63,359 bases of DNA, filler included, from Reticulomyxa filosa (GCA_000512085.1; 19 parts of 19 records of this genome joined end to end with filler, not necessarily neighbours in it), one strand, 5' to 3'; counted from the first letter of the whole stretch, positions 51,762 through 63,359 are shown. Translations and numbers: made by a program. Notes: generated by a model not told the origin, from the sequence alone.

Positions 51762-52172
51762 ATGCAGATGCCCAACATGGAACAGATAATGCGCATGGCT
51801 CAGGCGCTGCAAAACCAAGCGGGCCAAGGGCGACGACCAGGAATGCCTGGAATGCCAGGAATGCCCGGAATGCCAGGAATGCCAGGAATGCCTGGAATGC
51901 CTGGAATGCCCGGGATGCCAGGCATGCAAATGCCACCTGGCGGAGTGCCCCCGCAGGCGTTTGCGCGCCCAGTACCAATAGACTTGAAAACGCTAGAGAC
52001 GCAATATGGCGTAGATCCAAAAAAATGGCGCTGCGTGCACACATGTTACCTAGACAAGGACAAATCTAAAGATCAAGGTCGCAAAATCGCGAGAAAATAT
52101 TGTGTCCAATTTCCACACCCGCAAGATATTGTGGAGGTGTGCAAGTATCTTGGATTGCCACATTACGTTGAA
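51762..52172 (+). CDS. SRP19: Signal recognition particle 19-kDa protein (SRP19/Sec65), first exon
   Basis: WRCVHTCYLDKDKSKDQGRKIA...CV..P...DIVEVC..LGL...VE motif; N-terminal (PGM)10 repeat; intron and contig end follow. Confidence 0.88.
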
Positions 52173-52536
52173 GTTGAGTTGTTGTTTTTTTTTTTGTTTT
52201 TTTTTTGAGAATCAAAGAAGGAGATGGCAATGCATAAAGCNNNNNNNNNNNNNNNNNNNNNNNNNNNNNNNNNNNNNNNNNNNNTTAATTAATTAANNNN
52301 NNNNNNNNNNNNNNNNNNNNNNNNNNNNNNNNNNNNNNNNAACGTACAGTTTTTTTTGTTTCGAATATAGTTCCTATCAAAATACTGCATTTGTTTCCCC
52401 TTGAAAGCATCACCCAATAATTTCACGTTTCTTATCTTCTCACCTTTTTTTTTTGTTGCAAGTATACCAGTTTTGCACTCGTAAATGTTGCAAGGGCGCT
52501 CGCAAAAAATTTTTTTGAAGAATCAGCATTGAGGAA

Positions 52537-53723
52537 ATGAACAGTATTAAAAAGGAAAGTGAGAATATAACTTCACATTTGGTAATATCTTACCATATAA
52601 ATAAAGATACACTCACCCCATAAACGGACACATAAAAACAAAAAGTCAGAAAAAAAGATAAAAGTAATTCTTCAAAATTGGGTTCGAATTTTGGCTATCA
52701 AATTGGGGTGGGTTTCTGACTTTGACAAAATTGTGATCAGATATGTTAGTAACACGTTTTGTTTTGTGAAAGTTAAATGCAAACGTTTCTTTGACATTAA
52801 ATTATTTATTGAAAATACAGACCAAATGCTTTAAACTATTGAACACATTACAAGGGCATGACGACATGGTAACCGGTGTAAGATTTTCACCAGATGGTCA
52901 CAAGATTGTTTCCTCATCAGCGGATAAAACAATTCGAATTTGGGATGTTGCATCAGGAAAACAAATTCAAAGTTTTCAAGGACATTTGGATTGGATCAAT
53001 GTTACAAGATTTTCACCTGATGGATATACAGTCATTTCATGTTCATGTGACAAAACAATCCGATTATGGGATGTGAAATCAGGAAAAGAAATAATGAGAT
53101 TGGGAGAATATCCGTTTTGGATATTTGATATAAACTTTTCTCCAGATGGCAAATATTTTGTGTCAGGCTCTTCTGATAAAATATTACGAATATGGGATGT
53201 AAATTCTAGAAAAGAGATTAAAAAATTAGAAGGTCATGTGAATGCTATATTGGGTACGCAATTTTCTCCAAATGGCTTAATGATTGTATCGGCATCAGAA
53301 GATAACACAATTGGTATATGGGATGTGCAAACAGGCAAAAGATTGAAGGAATTAATAGGACATACGAATGCTGTAATACGTGCAAAATTTTCTCTAGATA
53401 ATAAATTTGTTGTATCTTGTTCAAAAGATAAAACAATTCGGATTTGGGATGTGGAATTAGGAAAAGAAATACAGAATTTAGGAGGACACTCAGATGTCAT
53501 ATGCGATGTAAAATTCTTTCCAGATGGTCAAACTATTGCGTCATGTTCATCAGATTATACAGTTCGAATATGGGATGTAAAATCAAGAAATGAAATACAA
53601 AAATTGGAAGGACATTCTGATGAAATAAGATGTATGGATATTTCATCCGATGGTAATACTATTGTGTCTGGTTCTTGGGATTATACTATTCGAATCTGGG
53701 GATTACAAAAGGTGAGCAACTAA
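52537..53723 (+). CDS. WD40-repeat protein (7 blades) with N-terminal Trp-helix motif
   Basis: Exons 52537-52581, 52646-52744 and 52821-53723; GH..V...FSPDG..IVS.S.D.TIRIWD repeats. Confidence 0.93.
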
Positions 53724-54328
53724 AAAAAACAATACTAAATACTTTTTTTTTCAAATACATACTTTGTTTTATTTTATTGCAGACAACCTTAGCATTTTAA
53801 AAAAAGCATTATTTTTATCAAATAAAAAATATTCATCAAGTTTTATTTCCATCTCATATCCTCCAACATTGTATTTTTTTAATCAAAAAAATAAAATTAT
53901 ATTTTCATCTCTGAATAATTTAAAAAAAGAAAATAGCCAAAATAATATTGAATTACTATTGCAATGAAAAACACTCGTAAGCAATATAAATGATCAGTTT
54001 TCTTTTTTTTGGGATGAAGCTGTTCATTGAACAATATTGGAATTTTTGGCTGAAGTCGGACAGCAAGCGTTCATTTGAGTCAATAAACAAAGAGCAAATG
54101 AAAGAGTTTCAATAATTTTTGTACATCTTTGTACATATTTTGTACAGGTAATTATCGAAATTAAAAAAAGATTTAAAATCGCAAAAAAGAAATAAAGAAC
54201 AAAAAAAAACAAGAATAGAAGCGTACTCACAATATCCAAAAGAGACCTTCCCTTTCTCTCCCCATTCCCCTCCTTCCGCCCCCCTCCGCGGCTCTTTGGA
54301 TATCATTTTCGCTGTAAAATGTTATATG

Positions 54329-57300
54329 TTACATGAAAGCTCGTAGTAACAAACAAGCGAACAAAATGGACAAGTTCACATGTACAGAGACCGAAAATCC
54401 TGCGGACACCGTCGTTTTGGTAAACATATAAGTGCCTTGGCATGTTTGATCGTGTTTAAGGCTAAAGCCTGAAAAATCACATTCATACATTCAATATACA
54501 GCACATATATGTATACATATATATTTATGTATGTGTGTAAGTTCCTTTTAATGATACAAACTTGTACTACTAATACAGTGCAACGACGTTACAAACCTGG
54601 ATCAATATTATCTTTGAACGCCGCAATAAATGAATACGGAGTGCGCTGATGAAGCATAGGTAAAGGACTTGGCATAAACTGCAAGAACTTTGCGTCCAAA
54701 AAGGCCCGAGATCTCTTGGGTATGAATGTACTTGTACAATTGGCTCGAACTTTTCCATCGTGTGCGGTCACATTTCCACAGTCTAACAGCTGCACAATGT
54801 TATGCTGTCCCTTTTGTGGCAAATAATACAAAGCAAAGGTCCAATGCGAGATCAGATTTGTGCCAACAATGCCCACTCCCGTCATCGATAAGTCTCCACT
54901 AACATGATAATTACCAAAGAATGCCACTCCAAACCAACCCTTTGTTGCAGGTCCTTCAATAGAATACTTTACGGTGCAGTTGTTTCCGTCAATTACCAAT
55001 CGAAAGGAAATATTTGCATTGTCACAGTCAGACAAGCTCTTCACCTCACTTGTCCACATTTCATTTTTCTTAATGCCCAACATGCTGCACGCAGAGTTGT
55101 TGAATGCAACGCGGCTCACTTTTTGCGCGTTAAATGCAATTTTCAATCCTTTCTTGCACGCGTCGCGACTATTTGCAACAAAGAACTTGGTGCCCGCGGG
55201 CTCGACAATCGGGAAGCTGCTATAGCACTTTGTCGAAATGTTGCAATTCTTCCAACTCTCGTAGTCATCCACCAAACATCCCGTCAACGAACCATCGCAC
55301 GACGTGAAATCCACTTGTTCCAAATCCGACACGTTATATATTTTATTGAACAAGTTCTGTCTTAAAGACAAAAACGACTCGTTTAGAGGAATTACAATCT
55401 ATTACGTATACATCTAAAGCGTTACTTTTTTTTTTTTAAGAGATAAATAAATATTATATATACGTATATGTATGTATACGTATATATGTATATATGCATA
55501 TATATAATAACATGGCCTTGTTCTGGACTGACAAATACAGAGCTTGTATTCCCAAAGATATTGCCACTAAAGCCTTGCAAAGCATTTTGGTCCAAATAAA
55601 AGTGGACAAGGGAGGTCATTCCGTCGATTGCAAAGGTATTTCTGGCGTGTTTGGCCAGCACGTAAGGGGCATAATCTTCCTGTTTGCCCTGGCTGTAAGC
55701 GCCCTTCAAGAACGCGTCACTAAAGACCAATTGCGCCACCTGCACGTTCGACGTCTCTCCAATGGTCAGCGTTTCAAATTGCAGCGTGTTCACGTCCACT
55801 TCGACATCTCGGTTGTATTGACTGTGCAGCGTTATCGTGGTAGCCCTGTCGGTCTTGTTTATCAGCTCTATGCGCACTCCGTCGTTGGCAAGAGAGTCGG
55901 TTCCTTTTTTTTTTTTTTTTACTTGTTTTTTATTTTTTTTTAAAAAAACAAAACAAAACAAAAAAAAAAAAAAACCTAAAGATAAAGCTGATGTCGCCTC
56001 CAACGCTAAGATTTAAATACTGAGGACCCCAATAGAAGCGATACGTGTCATTGCCTTTGTATTGATAAATGATGGCAGGATGAGGGAGGGTAATCGCAGG
56101 ACCATTGGCACTGACAACAAAGTCCACGTCCACGAGGTTGTCAATAGCAAAGCCATTGGGCAGGTCGTCGGTAATGTCGATGCGATGCAAGAACTTGTCG
56201 ACATTGTTCTGGAACATGCGAGACCCCAGCTTGGTGAATGATCCCGTGGTAAGCACGGTCGCACTGTTGTAGCGACGGACTGTGTAGGAAATGGTATACG
56301 TGATATTCGAGCTGATCAAATACCACCCCAATAACAGTCGCTCCGAGTTGTGCGTCTTTCCGTTCAAATACGTTGCCAAGTCCTCCACGCTGTCAAAGTT
56401 TCCAAAGAACTTCTCTGGGTAAGGGTCGTACGCATAGTTCATGGCTGACCAGTTCATTGAATCAAATGAACTTCCACCGTATTTCAATGTGATTGGATCA
56501 GCATTTACCAACTCTCTGTTGCCTTTATTATTATTTGTTATCATTTGTTATAATTTGTTATAATTATTATTAAAAAAAAAAAAAAAGTAGATATATTTAA
56601 GTAAATCATTTCAGTCACTAAAAAAAGTATAGTTAGCAACTTAACCAACAAACGGACGAAGTGGTTCATCCAAATGGTAATAACTGACAAAGCATCCCAA
56701 ATACTGGGCAATCTGTGGAGAGCCTGTTTGGTACGAAATACCGCGATATTCGACTAACTGTTGCCATATCAAAAAGTACCTCTCCACTCCCATGTGATGC
56801 AACATAAACATCGGGTCGAATGTCGTCGTTTCGAGATCGATGAATGACCCTCCAACCATGTTGTGGACATTGTTATGAGGAACTTCAAACCTGTTTTGTT
56901 TGTTTGTTTTTTAACTTTTTTTTTTTTTTTAAACAAAACAAAAAAAAAATTGAGCCTAAACAACCTTTCTCACGTATACGTGTGTTGTTGCAACTCGTAT
57001 TACACATAAAAAAAAAAATAAAAAAAAATAAATAAAGACATGTAATTAAAAATAATCCAATTATCAAATTCGAAAGCTTGGAGCACTTGCTTAAAAAAAG
57101 AAAAGCTGCTACCCATCCTCGTGGCATTAAAAAAATTGGAAGCAGGATTTCGACACGTGTAGTTACAATTGTAGCCGGCGGTGAGGCCACTAGTGATCTT
57201 GACCACATCTTCAGGAATGCGATAGTTCCACCAGGGATTTCTGTATGTCTTGTTTCCCACGGTAAAGGTCAGTCTTGTGGCCAAATCAGGAAAAGACGTG

Positions 57301-58014
57301 AGGTTGGAATTGGCCCAATTCCAGTACGGCACTGCCAAACTCAGATTCCATCGGCGCAATGCGTTTTCAAACTGCAGCAGTCCTAACCGATGCCATGTTG
57401 GAAAACGTGGGTCACTGTGGAGACAACATGATGCATTTCTCTCATTGAAATCGTCTGTGATCAAATAAAAATCCACATGGTTTTTTTTTTATGTATACAC
57501 TTTTTTTTTACGTATACACATTTTTTTGTTACCATAGCAATCTTGAAACCAATCAGGAGCACCATGAAAAGTTGCCACGTAAGGCCAAGTGTTATTTTTG
57601 TATGCAATTTTTCGTTCATCTTGTTGCTGGGCGCAAGCCAATGCTTTCATTAAATTTATTTTTTCATCTTCCGTTATGTATTCCACATTTTTGCGAACTC
57701 GATTGCCTACTCAGCAAAAAAAAAAAATAAAGTTTGTAACGTATACCTTTTTTTTTTTTTTTGAACAATGCGAGTAATCAAAAAAAAAAAACAAAACCTG
57801 ATGCTGCCTCTACGACACTGTACGGTGGAACTCCTCCAAAACAATCGTCATACACTGCCGCGTTGTTCCAAATCTGAAAGTGGTTTGTGTCAATTTGACA
57901 ATGTCCAGGAGCAAACGCTGAGGTAGCCCAGTACGCACAATGAGTGTCATTATTTCCGTTTGACAAGCCAAAATTTGCAAGCAAACAAAGCCAAAAAATC
58001 TCTTTCCACTTCAT
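54329..58014 (-). CDS. Secreted or GPI-anchored haemocyanin/tyrosinase-like type-3 copper protein with cupredoxin-like and DOMON domains (~976 aa)
   Basis: Eight exons: 58014-57798, 57706-57533, 57454-57040, 56890-56646, 56522-55976, 55903-55512, 55398-54597, 54468-54329. CuA: FHGAP..CCLH..FPTWHR. CuB: FEVPHNNVH..DPMFMLHH. The exon 5/6 junction needs one base removed (T-run near 55979). Confidence 0.9.
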
Positions 58015-58485
58015 TTTTTACACGATCAGCAAAAAAAAACGTTAAAACGACAATCAAACGTAGCTTTTTTCTTTCACGTCTTCTTTGTGAGTGGCTTGTT
58101 TTCGGTTCAACACGTTGCCACCACAAGTTTTCTTTGTGTTTTTAGACAAAATTATGTTGCAATATTGAACAATTTGTTTAGTAAAAAGTGAGATTTTACA
58201 GTGCAAAGTTTTGAAATAATCCATTTTTTAATGTTTTAAAGCAACATCATTCAAAAATAAGATTTGTAATCATTTCTTAAAAGAATAAAAAAGCACAAAT
58301 AAAAATATTTCTCGTGCTTGTGACAAAATTATTGGCGATTATTTTGTTTAGCTCAGAAATGCTTTTCTGCACAACTTGGAAAAATTTTCACCACAATGCA
58401 GTAGTTCAGCAAAAACAAAAAAAAAGTGTTTACAAACTTCAAAAATTTGTTTTCGAATCATCATCTTTCTTCAAATAAAAAAGAA

Positions 58486-59651
58486 ATGGACATGATTATC
58501 AATGAAATGGCTGCCACAAAACTACAATTGGTAAGCTTCCTTAAAATCTTTCGTTACGATACGAATAAAAAAAAAACAACTTTTTGTTTGCGATAAACCA
58601 GCCAAAAAAATGTGTAAAAGTAATAATTAAAAATTGGGCTCGAATATTCAATGATAAATTAGGATGGATTGATGACTTTGTTAAAATCATCATGAAATAT
58701 GTTACGTTACTTATTTTTTTACTTTGCAAGTAAATTAAATATGTTTATTAATAAGCAAACATCTAAATATAGATCGGAGTTCAATTATTGAAGATTTTAC
58801 AAGGACATGTAGGTCCAGTAAAAAGTGTAAGATTTTCATCTGATGGTCATAAAATTGTTTCGTCGTCAAATGATAGAACAGTTCGAATATGGGATGTTGA
58901 ATCTGGAAAATTAATACAAACTTTTAATGGACATACTGATTGGGTTAATGCAGCAGAATTTTTATTGGATGGAAATACTATTATTTCATGTTCAGATGAT
59001 ATAACAATTCGATTATGGGATATGATATCGGGAAAAGAATTGATAAAAATTCAAGGACATGGAAATGTAGTACGTGATTTACATATTTCTCCAGATGGAA
59101 AATATATTGTATCTAGTTCAGATGATGGAACAATAAGATTATGGGATGTAGATTCTGGGCAAGAGATAAAACGTATGGTGGATCATTCGATGAGTGTATT
59201 AAATTCACAATTTTCAGTAGATGGTCAAAAAATTGTATCATCATCTGCCGATGAAACAATTGATTTATGGGATGTAAAGTCAGGTGAAAGATTAAAACAA
59301 TTAAAAGGGCATTCAGATTATGTAACTCGTGCAAAATTTTCTCCAGATGATAAATATATTGTATCTTGTTCATGGGATAAAACAATTCGAATATGGGATA
59401 TATTAACAGGAAAGGAAATAAAAATTTTGGAAGGACACATATTCTTTGTGAATGATATAAAATATTTTCCAGACGGTCAAACTATTGTATCTTGTTCAGA
59501 TGACAAGACAATTAGATTGTGGAATGTGAAATCAGGTCATGAAATACAGAAATTGAATGTATATTCTACTGTATCAGGAATTGACATTTCACCAGATGGT
59601 AATACAATTGCATCCGCTTCTCAGGATTGTTTGATCCGAATTTGGGAATGA
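58486..59651 (+). CDS. WD40-repeat protein (7 blades), paralog of 52537-53723
   Basis: Exons 58486-58530, 58602-58700 and 58773-59651; same 45-nt and 99-nt first exons and same repeat pattern. Confidence 0.93.
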
Positions 59652-60321
59652 TACAATCATATATCTTTTTTAATCAAAATTCTGTTTTGAATTGTTTTGT
59701 ACATCTTTTTCAATTTTTCTTTTGAAATATGAAAATGGAATTAAATTCTGCATTCTTTGGAATATTGATAACGTAACTTTTTACTGTATCTAGTCTAGGG
59801 GCAAAACGCAAAACACTCGAATGTGGATAGCAATCACATTGAGGCATTTTTTGGTTAATTATCAATTCCATTGGTTTTAAAAATACCAATTGGATGACTT
59901 GTTCAAATATGTATCTATACTGCCAGTTTTTGCTGGCAATGTGCTTATAAAGTGTGAACAATGTACTGAATTTTGATTTAAGTAAGTTTGGAATGTTTGT
60001 GCAATGTACAGACGTAGAGTTGATTTGTTACATAATTATAAGCAACAACATCTTTTTTTAAATAAACAAAAGTACTATATCCATAGGTTCAGAAAGAAAC
60101 ACATGTACGACACTTTTTAAAAGTTATTTTTATCAAATATACAAATAAAAATCCAATAAATTTATTCTCTTTTTGAAATTGAGTTAAATCTAGTGAACAG
60201 CTTTGTGAACATTGTATTACATAATGGCATGATTAAGACTATTTTGAAAGCGTAGAATGTTTGTAATACAGTAGGTGCAAAGAAAACTGAACGCCTAAAA
60301 CATATCTTATGATGATAATTG

Positions 60322-60408
60322 ATTTTCTCAATGAAAAATCAACATTTAGACCTAATTTTTTTTTAAAAAAATATCTACAAGTCTTGTAGTTTTTAAATAT
60401 GATATTGA
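60322..60408 (-). repeat. Inverted copy of 14777-14862 at a contig end
   Basis: Direct sequence comparison; contains CTACAAGTCTTGTAG. Confidence 0.9.
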
Positions 60409-60508
60409 NNNNNNNNNNNNNNNNNNNNNNNNNNNNNNNNNNNNNNNNNNNNTTAATTAATTAANNNNNNNNNNNNNNNNNNNNNNNNNNNNNNNNNNNN
60501 NNNNNNNN

Positions 60509-61743
60509 AAAAAAAAACAAACAAACTCGTTTGAATTGAGTTTCTGATAAAATTTGTACTGGACAGCAGCGCCACCGATAAATAAAGTCATCCACATGGC
60601 CAAGCACACGTAGCAGCGCCAATCACATTCCTGACTGAAGCTATTGACATTTTTTTGAGAAGTAAAAAAACGCAAAAAGTTCATTACATTGCTCCCGTGA
60701 TGTTTTTGTGACCGCTATTTGAACCACAAACAAACACATTATAATGTATATTAACGTATTGTTTCAACTGTGTATTCAAAAGTCAAATTAAGCAAACAAA
60801 AAAGATTAGAGTATATATAAATATATATATATATATATTTATACATATATATATATATGTATACCTCAATGAAATAACTAACGGCAGACGAAAACATGAA
60901 TGACCCAACAAAAGCAGTGATCCCTTTCAAAATAAATGCAACAAATTTAAAAGCGGCAAAGCTACCAACAATAGCGCCAATGACAATGAAAACCAATTGA
61001 ATAGCCGACGTGTGGGATATGACCACGTATCCATGAACCAATTGGAAAATCAATTGAGCCAATATGACACCTCCAACAGCACCCAAACTCAACACTGCGG
61101 CTTTGTACACCACAACACATATAAGTCCCAACGCTCCACCAAACGCCAGCGATAAGTATAATCTTGTTGTATCTTCGATATGCGAGCTATTTTTTTTTTT
61201 TTTTTTAACCCGGAATTCAAACCCTTTCGGTTCCAACGCATATTCGATCCTATTTTGCTTGCTGTGTGTGTGTGTGTGTAGTGTGTGATGGCCACTTATT
61301 AACTTTGTGTTTTGACACATCACTCAATCACAAAGAAATACACATAAAACAAAGTCCAAACGATGTTTTTTGTTTTTTTTTGCATGTGATTCACTTCACT
61401 GTAACGCTTTCCATACGCTGACAGAAACGTAATATGCGACCAACGCCCCGGCCACAAACCCTGTTCAATTATTGATAACAACAACAATCTCAACCAAGTC
61501 TTGCAACAATAAAAAAAAAGACAAAAATAGAGGGGATCATTGTATTGAATGCAAGAAGGGGAAGAGGGGAGAGGGGAAAGAGGAAAAGAGGGAGGACTGC
61601 CAAATTTTTTTTCTACCTACAAAAAATATTACGTGCTTGAAAAACCTGGCACCGCAGAAACACACGAACAACCCTGCCAATAACATGACTGACCCAATTA
61701 TATCCTCGTTCACCTCCTCGGCTTTATGAACTACACTCGACAT
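60509..61743 (-). CDS. TMEM198 / DUF4203 multi-pass membrane protein (multi-exon)
   Basis: GLFVCFCGARFFK..IFFVG|FVAG, GA.GG..LA, TAFVGSF......YF and G..VQY motifs. Confidence 0.8.
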
Positions 61744-62753
61744 TATTTTTTAAAGTTTTTTCACTCGTCGTTAGATTAGTTAAGGGTCACAATATTACGT
61801 TGTCTTTTTGATTTTCAAAAGCAAAAAAATTCTTCACCCTTTTGGCTGGTTTGTACTTGAGTTGATTAATTTTTCAGATGTCCTTAGGATAGGAGCATAA
61901 AAAGGACTATTGATATTGACAATATTATTCAAATAATCACTCCCAGGATAAATTGAAAATGGAGTGTGTTCTTTTTTGCTTTATGTGGTTCAATAAATCT
62001 AAGGCAAAGTCAGTGATTGCAGCATTTTCAACGTTGTTAAATAGTCAAAACAACAAAAATAGAAGAGTCAACAATTTTTACAAATTGGTAGTGTAGCAAT
62101 CGATTTAACTTTTAAACTGATCTCAAAAGTAGATACCGCTGCTCTTTTTTGTCTTAAGCAGCTCTTCTTCGAGTTTTGATATTTTTTATCATAGACAAGA
62201 CACTCTTGCTCATTTGTTGATTAAAGTGTTTATAATCAGTGCCAAATTTGATAAATTTTTTAACTAGTTTAAAACTGTCATATGTAATTTTTGCAAACCG
62301 TTTGGCGCAGTATATACATTTGATTTAGAATAATTAAGTTCATTCTGGTTTTAGTCAAGCATAACGTTGAAGGATAATCAAATATAATGCAGTACTTAAC
62401 TCGGTGACTACCTATTTCCGAGACTATAAAGAATTATTTTCCTTTATTTCTTTTCGTTGCCAAGCTGGATCCAGTTTAACCAACCTTAATTGCAAGAACT
62501 TCTCCGTGCAAATTTATTTTATCAAACTTAACACAAAAAACTGAAAAATGGCAAACAACAAATCTTTAATAAACTCTAACACAGCGAAAAGTGACATGTA
62601 GTGTGAGTAATTAAAAATGATGTTGCATTCATTTTTTGATTGTCTATCATTTTTTTATCAAGTTCTTGTTTTTGCACTTACTGCTACGCGCTCGTTAAAA
62701 AAGTTTTGGCGAAGAACTGGTTCGGAAAAAGGTTAAAAAAAAATTTGTAAGAT

Positions 62754-63359
62754 ATGGAATCAAAAAAGCATACGCTTTCTGAACTGGGTAAGATTTCAAA
62801 TTATCATTTTTGTGTTCTGTTCCTCTGAGTTTTCAGTTGATTCTGTTATAATTCGCATTTAAAAAAAGTAATGAGGTGAATGAAACAGAAAACGTAACGT
62901 CTTCGCCAAACAAGAAAGTGGGTGTGCATCATCCAACAAGTAAGAAAGAAGAAAACGAGCATAGGCAAAAAGAAGAAAATGAGCACAAACAAAAAGAGAC
63001 CAAGGCGCACGATGGCAGTGGTAAAAAGCGAGATAAGGAAGAATTTTACCGCAATTTGGTGGTATCTTGTCAAATGTTGATTGAAGAAGAGAAAGACCTG
63101 ATTGCGAATTTGTCCAACATAAGTGCCGAAGTGTATAACGATCTTCGTTACGAGTACGGGGTGGAAGCAACCAATTGGTGCGGATTTTATTTGGTAAAAC
63201 CCACGAAAGACAAAGCGCGGCAAGAATTGGTTTTAGGCCCTTTTCAAGGTAAACCTGCTTGTATTCGCATTGCGTTTGGCAGAGGTGTATGTGGAACAAC
63301 CGCTAACAACAAATCCTCCTCCGTTGTCCCCGACGTTCACAAATTTCCGGTATCTCCCC
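62754..63359 (+). CDS. Free methionine-R-sulfoxide reductase (fRMsr, GAF domain; MsrC/Ykg9-like), partial
   Basis: Hand translation: IANLSN.SA, NWCGFYL, LVLGPFQGKPACIRIAFGRGVCGT, VVPDVHKFP. Runs off the window; 5' exon structure uncertain. Confidence 0.9.

Overview
This window is not one locus. It is 19 contigs joined by 18 artificial 100-bp spacers (N44-TTAATTAATTAA-N44). Seventeen contigs are AT-rich, intron-containing eukaryotic DNA. Their gene style (WD40, Kelch and TPR expansions, homopolymer-rich GT-AG introns, poly-Asn tracts) suggests a rhizarian or foraminiferan protist such as Reticulomyxa; this is inference. Two GC-rich contigs (2185-3286, 36897-37896) are bacterial, probably alphaproteobacterial. 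They carry a Qnr-like pentapeptide-repeat gene, a class III cyclase fragment, an RND periplasmic adaptor and a DUF938 methyltransferase fragment. Recognisable eukaryotic genes: RPS28, Hsp110, F-box/LRR, RhoGEF, BBOF1, BBS5, a TBC-domain gene, Afi1/MesA-like DENN, DnaJC7, a GT31 glycosyltransferase, RPA3, SRP19, two WD40 paralogs, TMEM198/DUF4203 and fRMsr (GAF). The standout is an 8-exon gene (54329-58014, minus strand, about 976 aa reconstructed by hand). It encodes a signal peptide, a complete molluscan-haemocyanin-like type-3 copper unit with beta-sandwich, a cupredoxin-like domain, a DOMON domain and a GPI-like tail. Other notable items: TPR and Kelch genes sharing a helical module, which in the Kelch gene leads to a caspase-like domain; a mobile Trp-helix motif on beta-propeller proteins; T-rich/A-rich fold-back introns; a solo-LTR-like repeat family; a candidate structured RNA; and pervasive homopolymer frameshifts, probably sequencing error. 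All family assignments come from motif recognition by eye; no searches were run.
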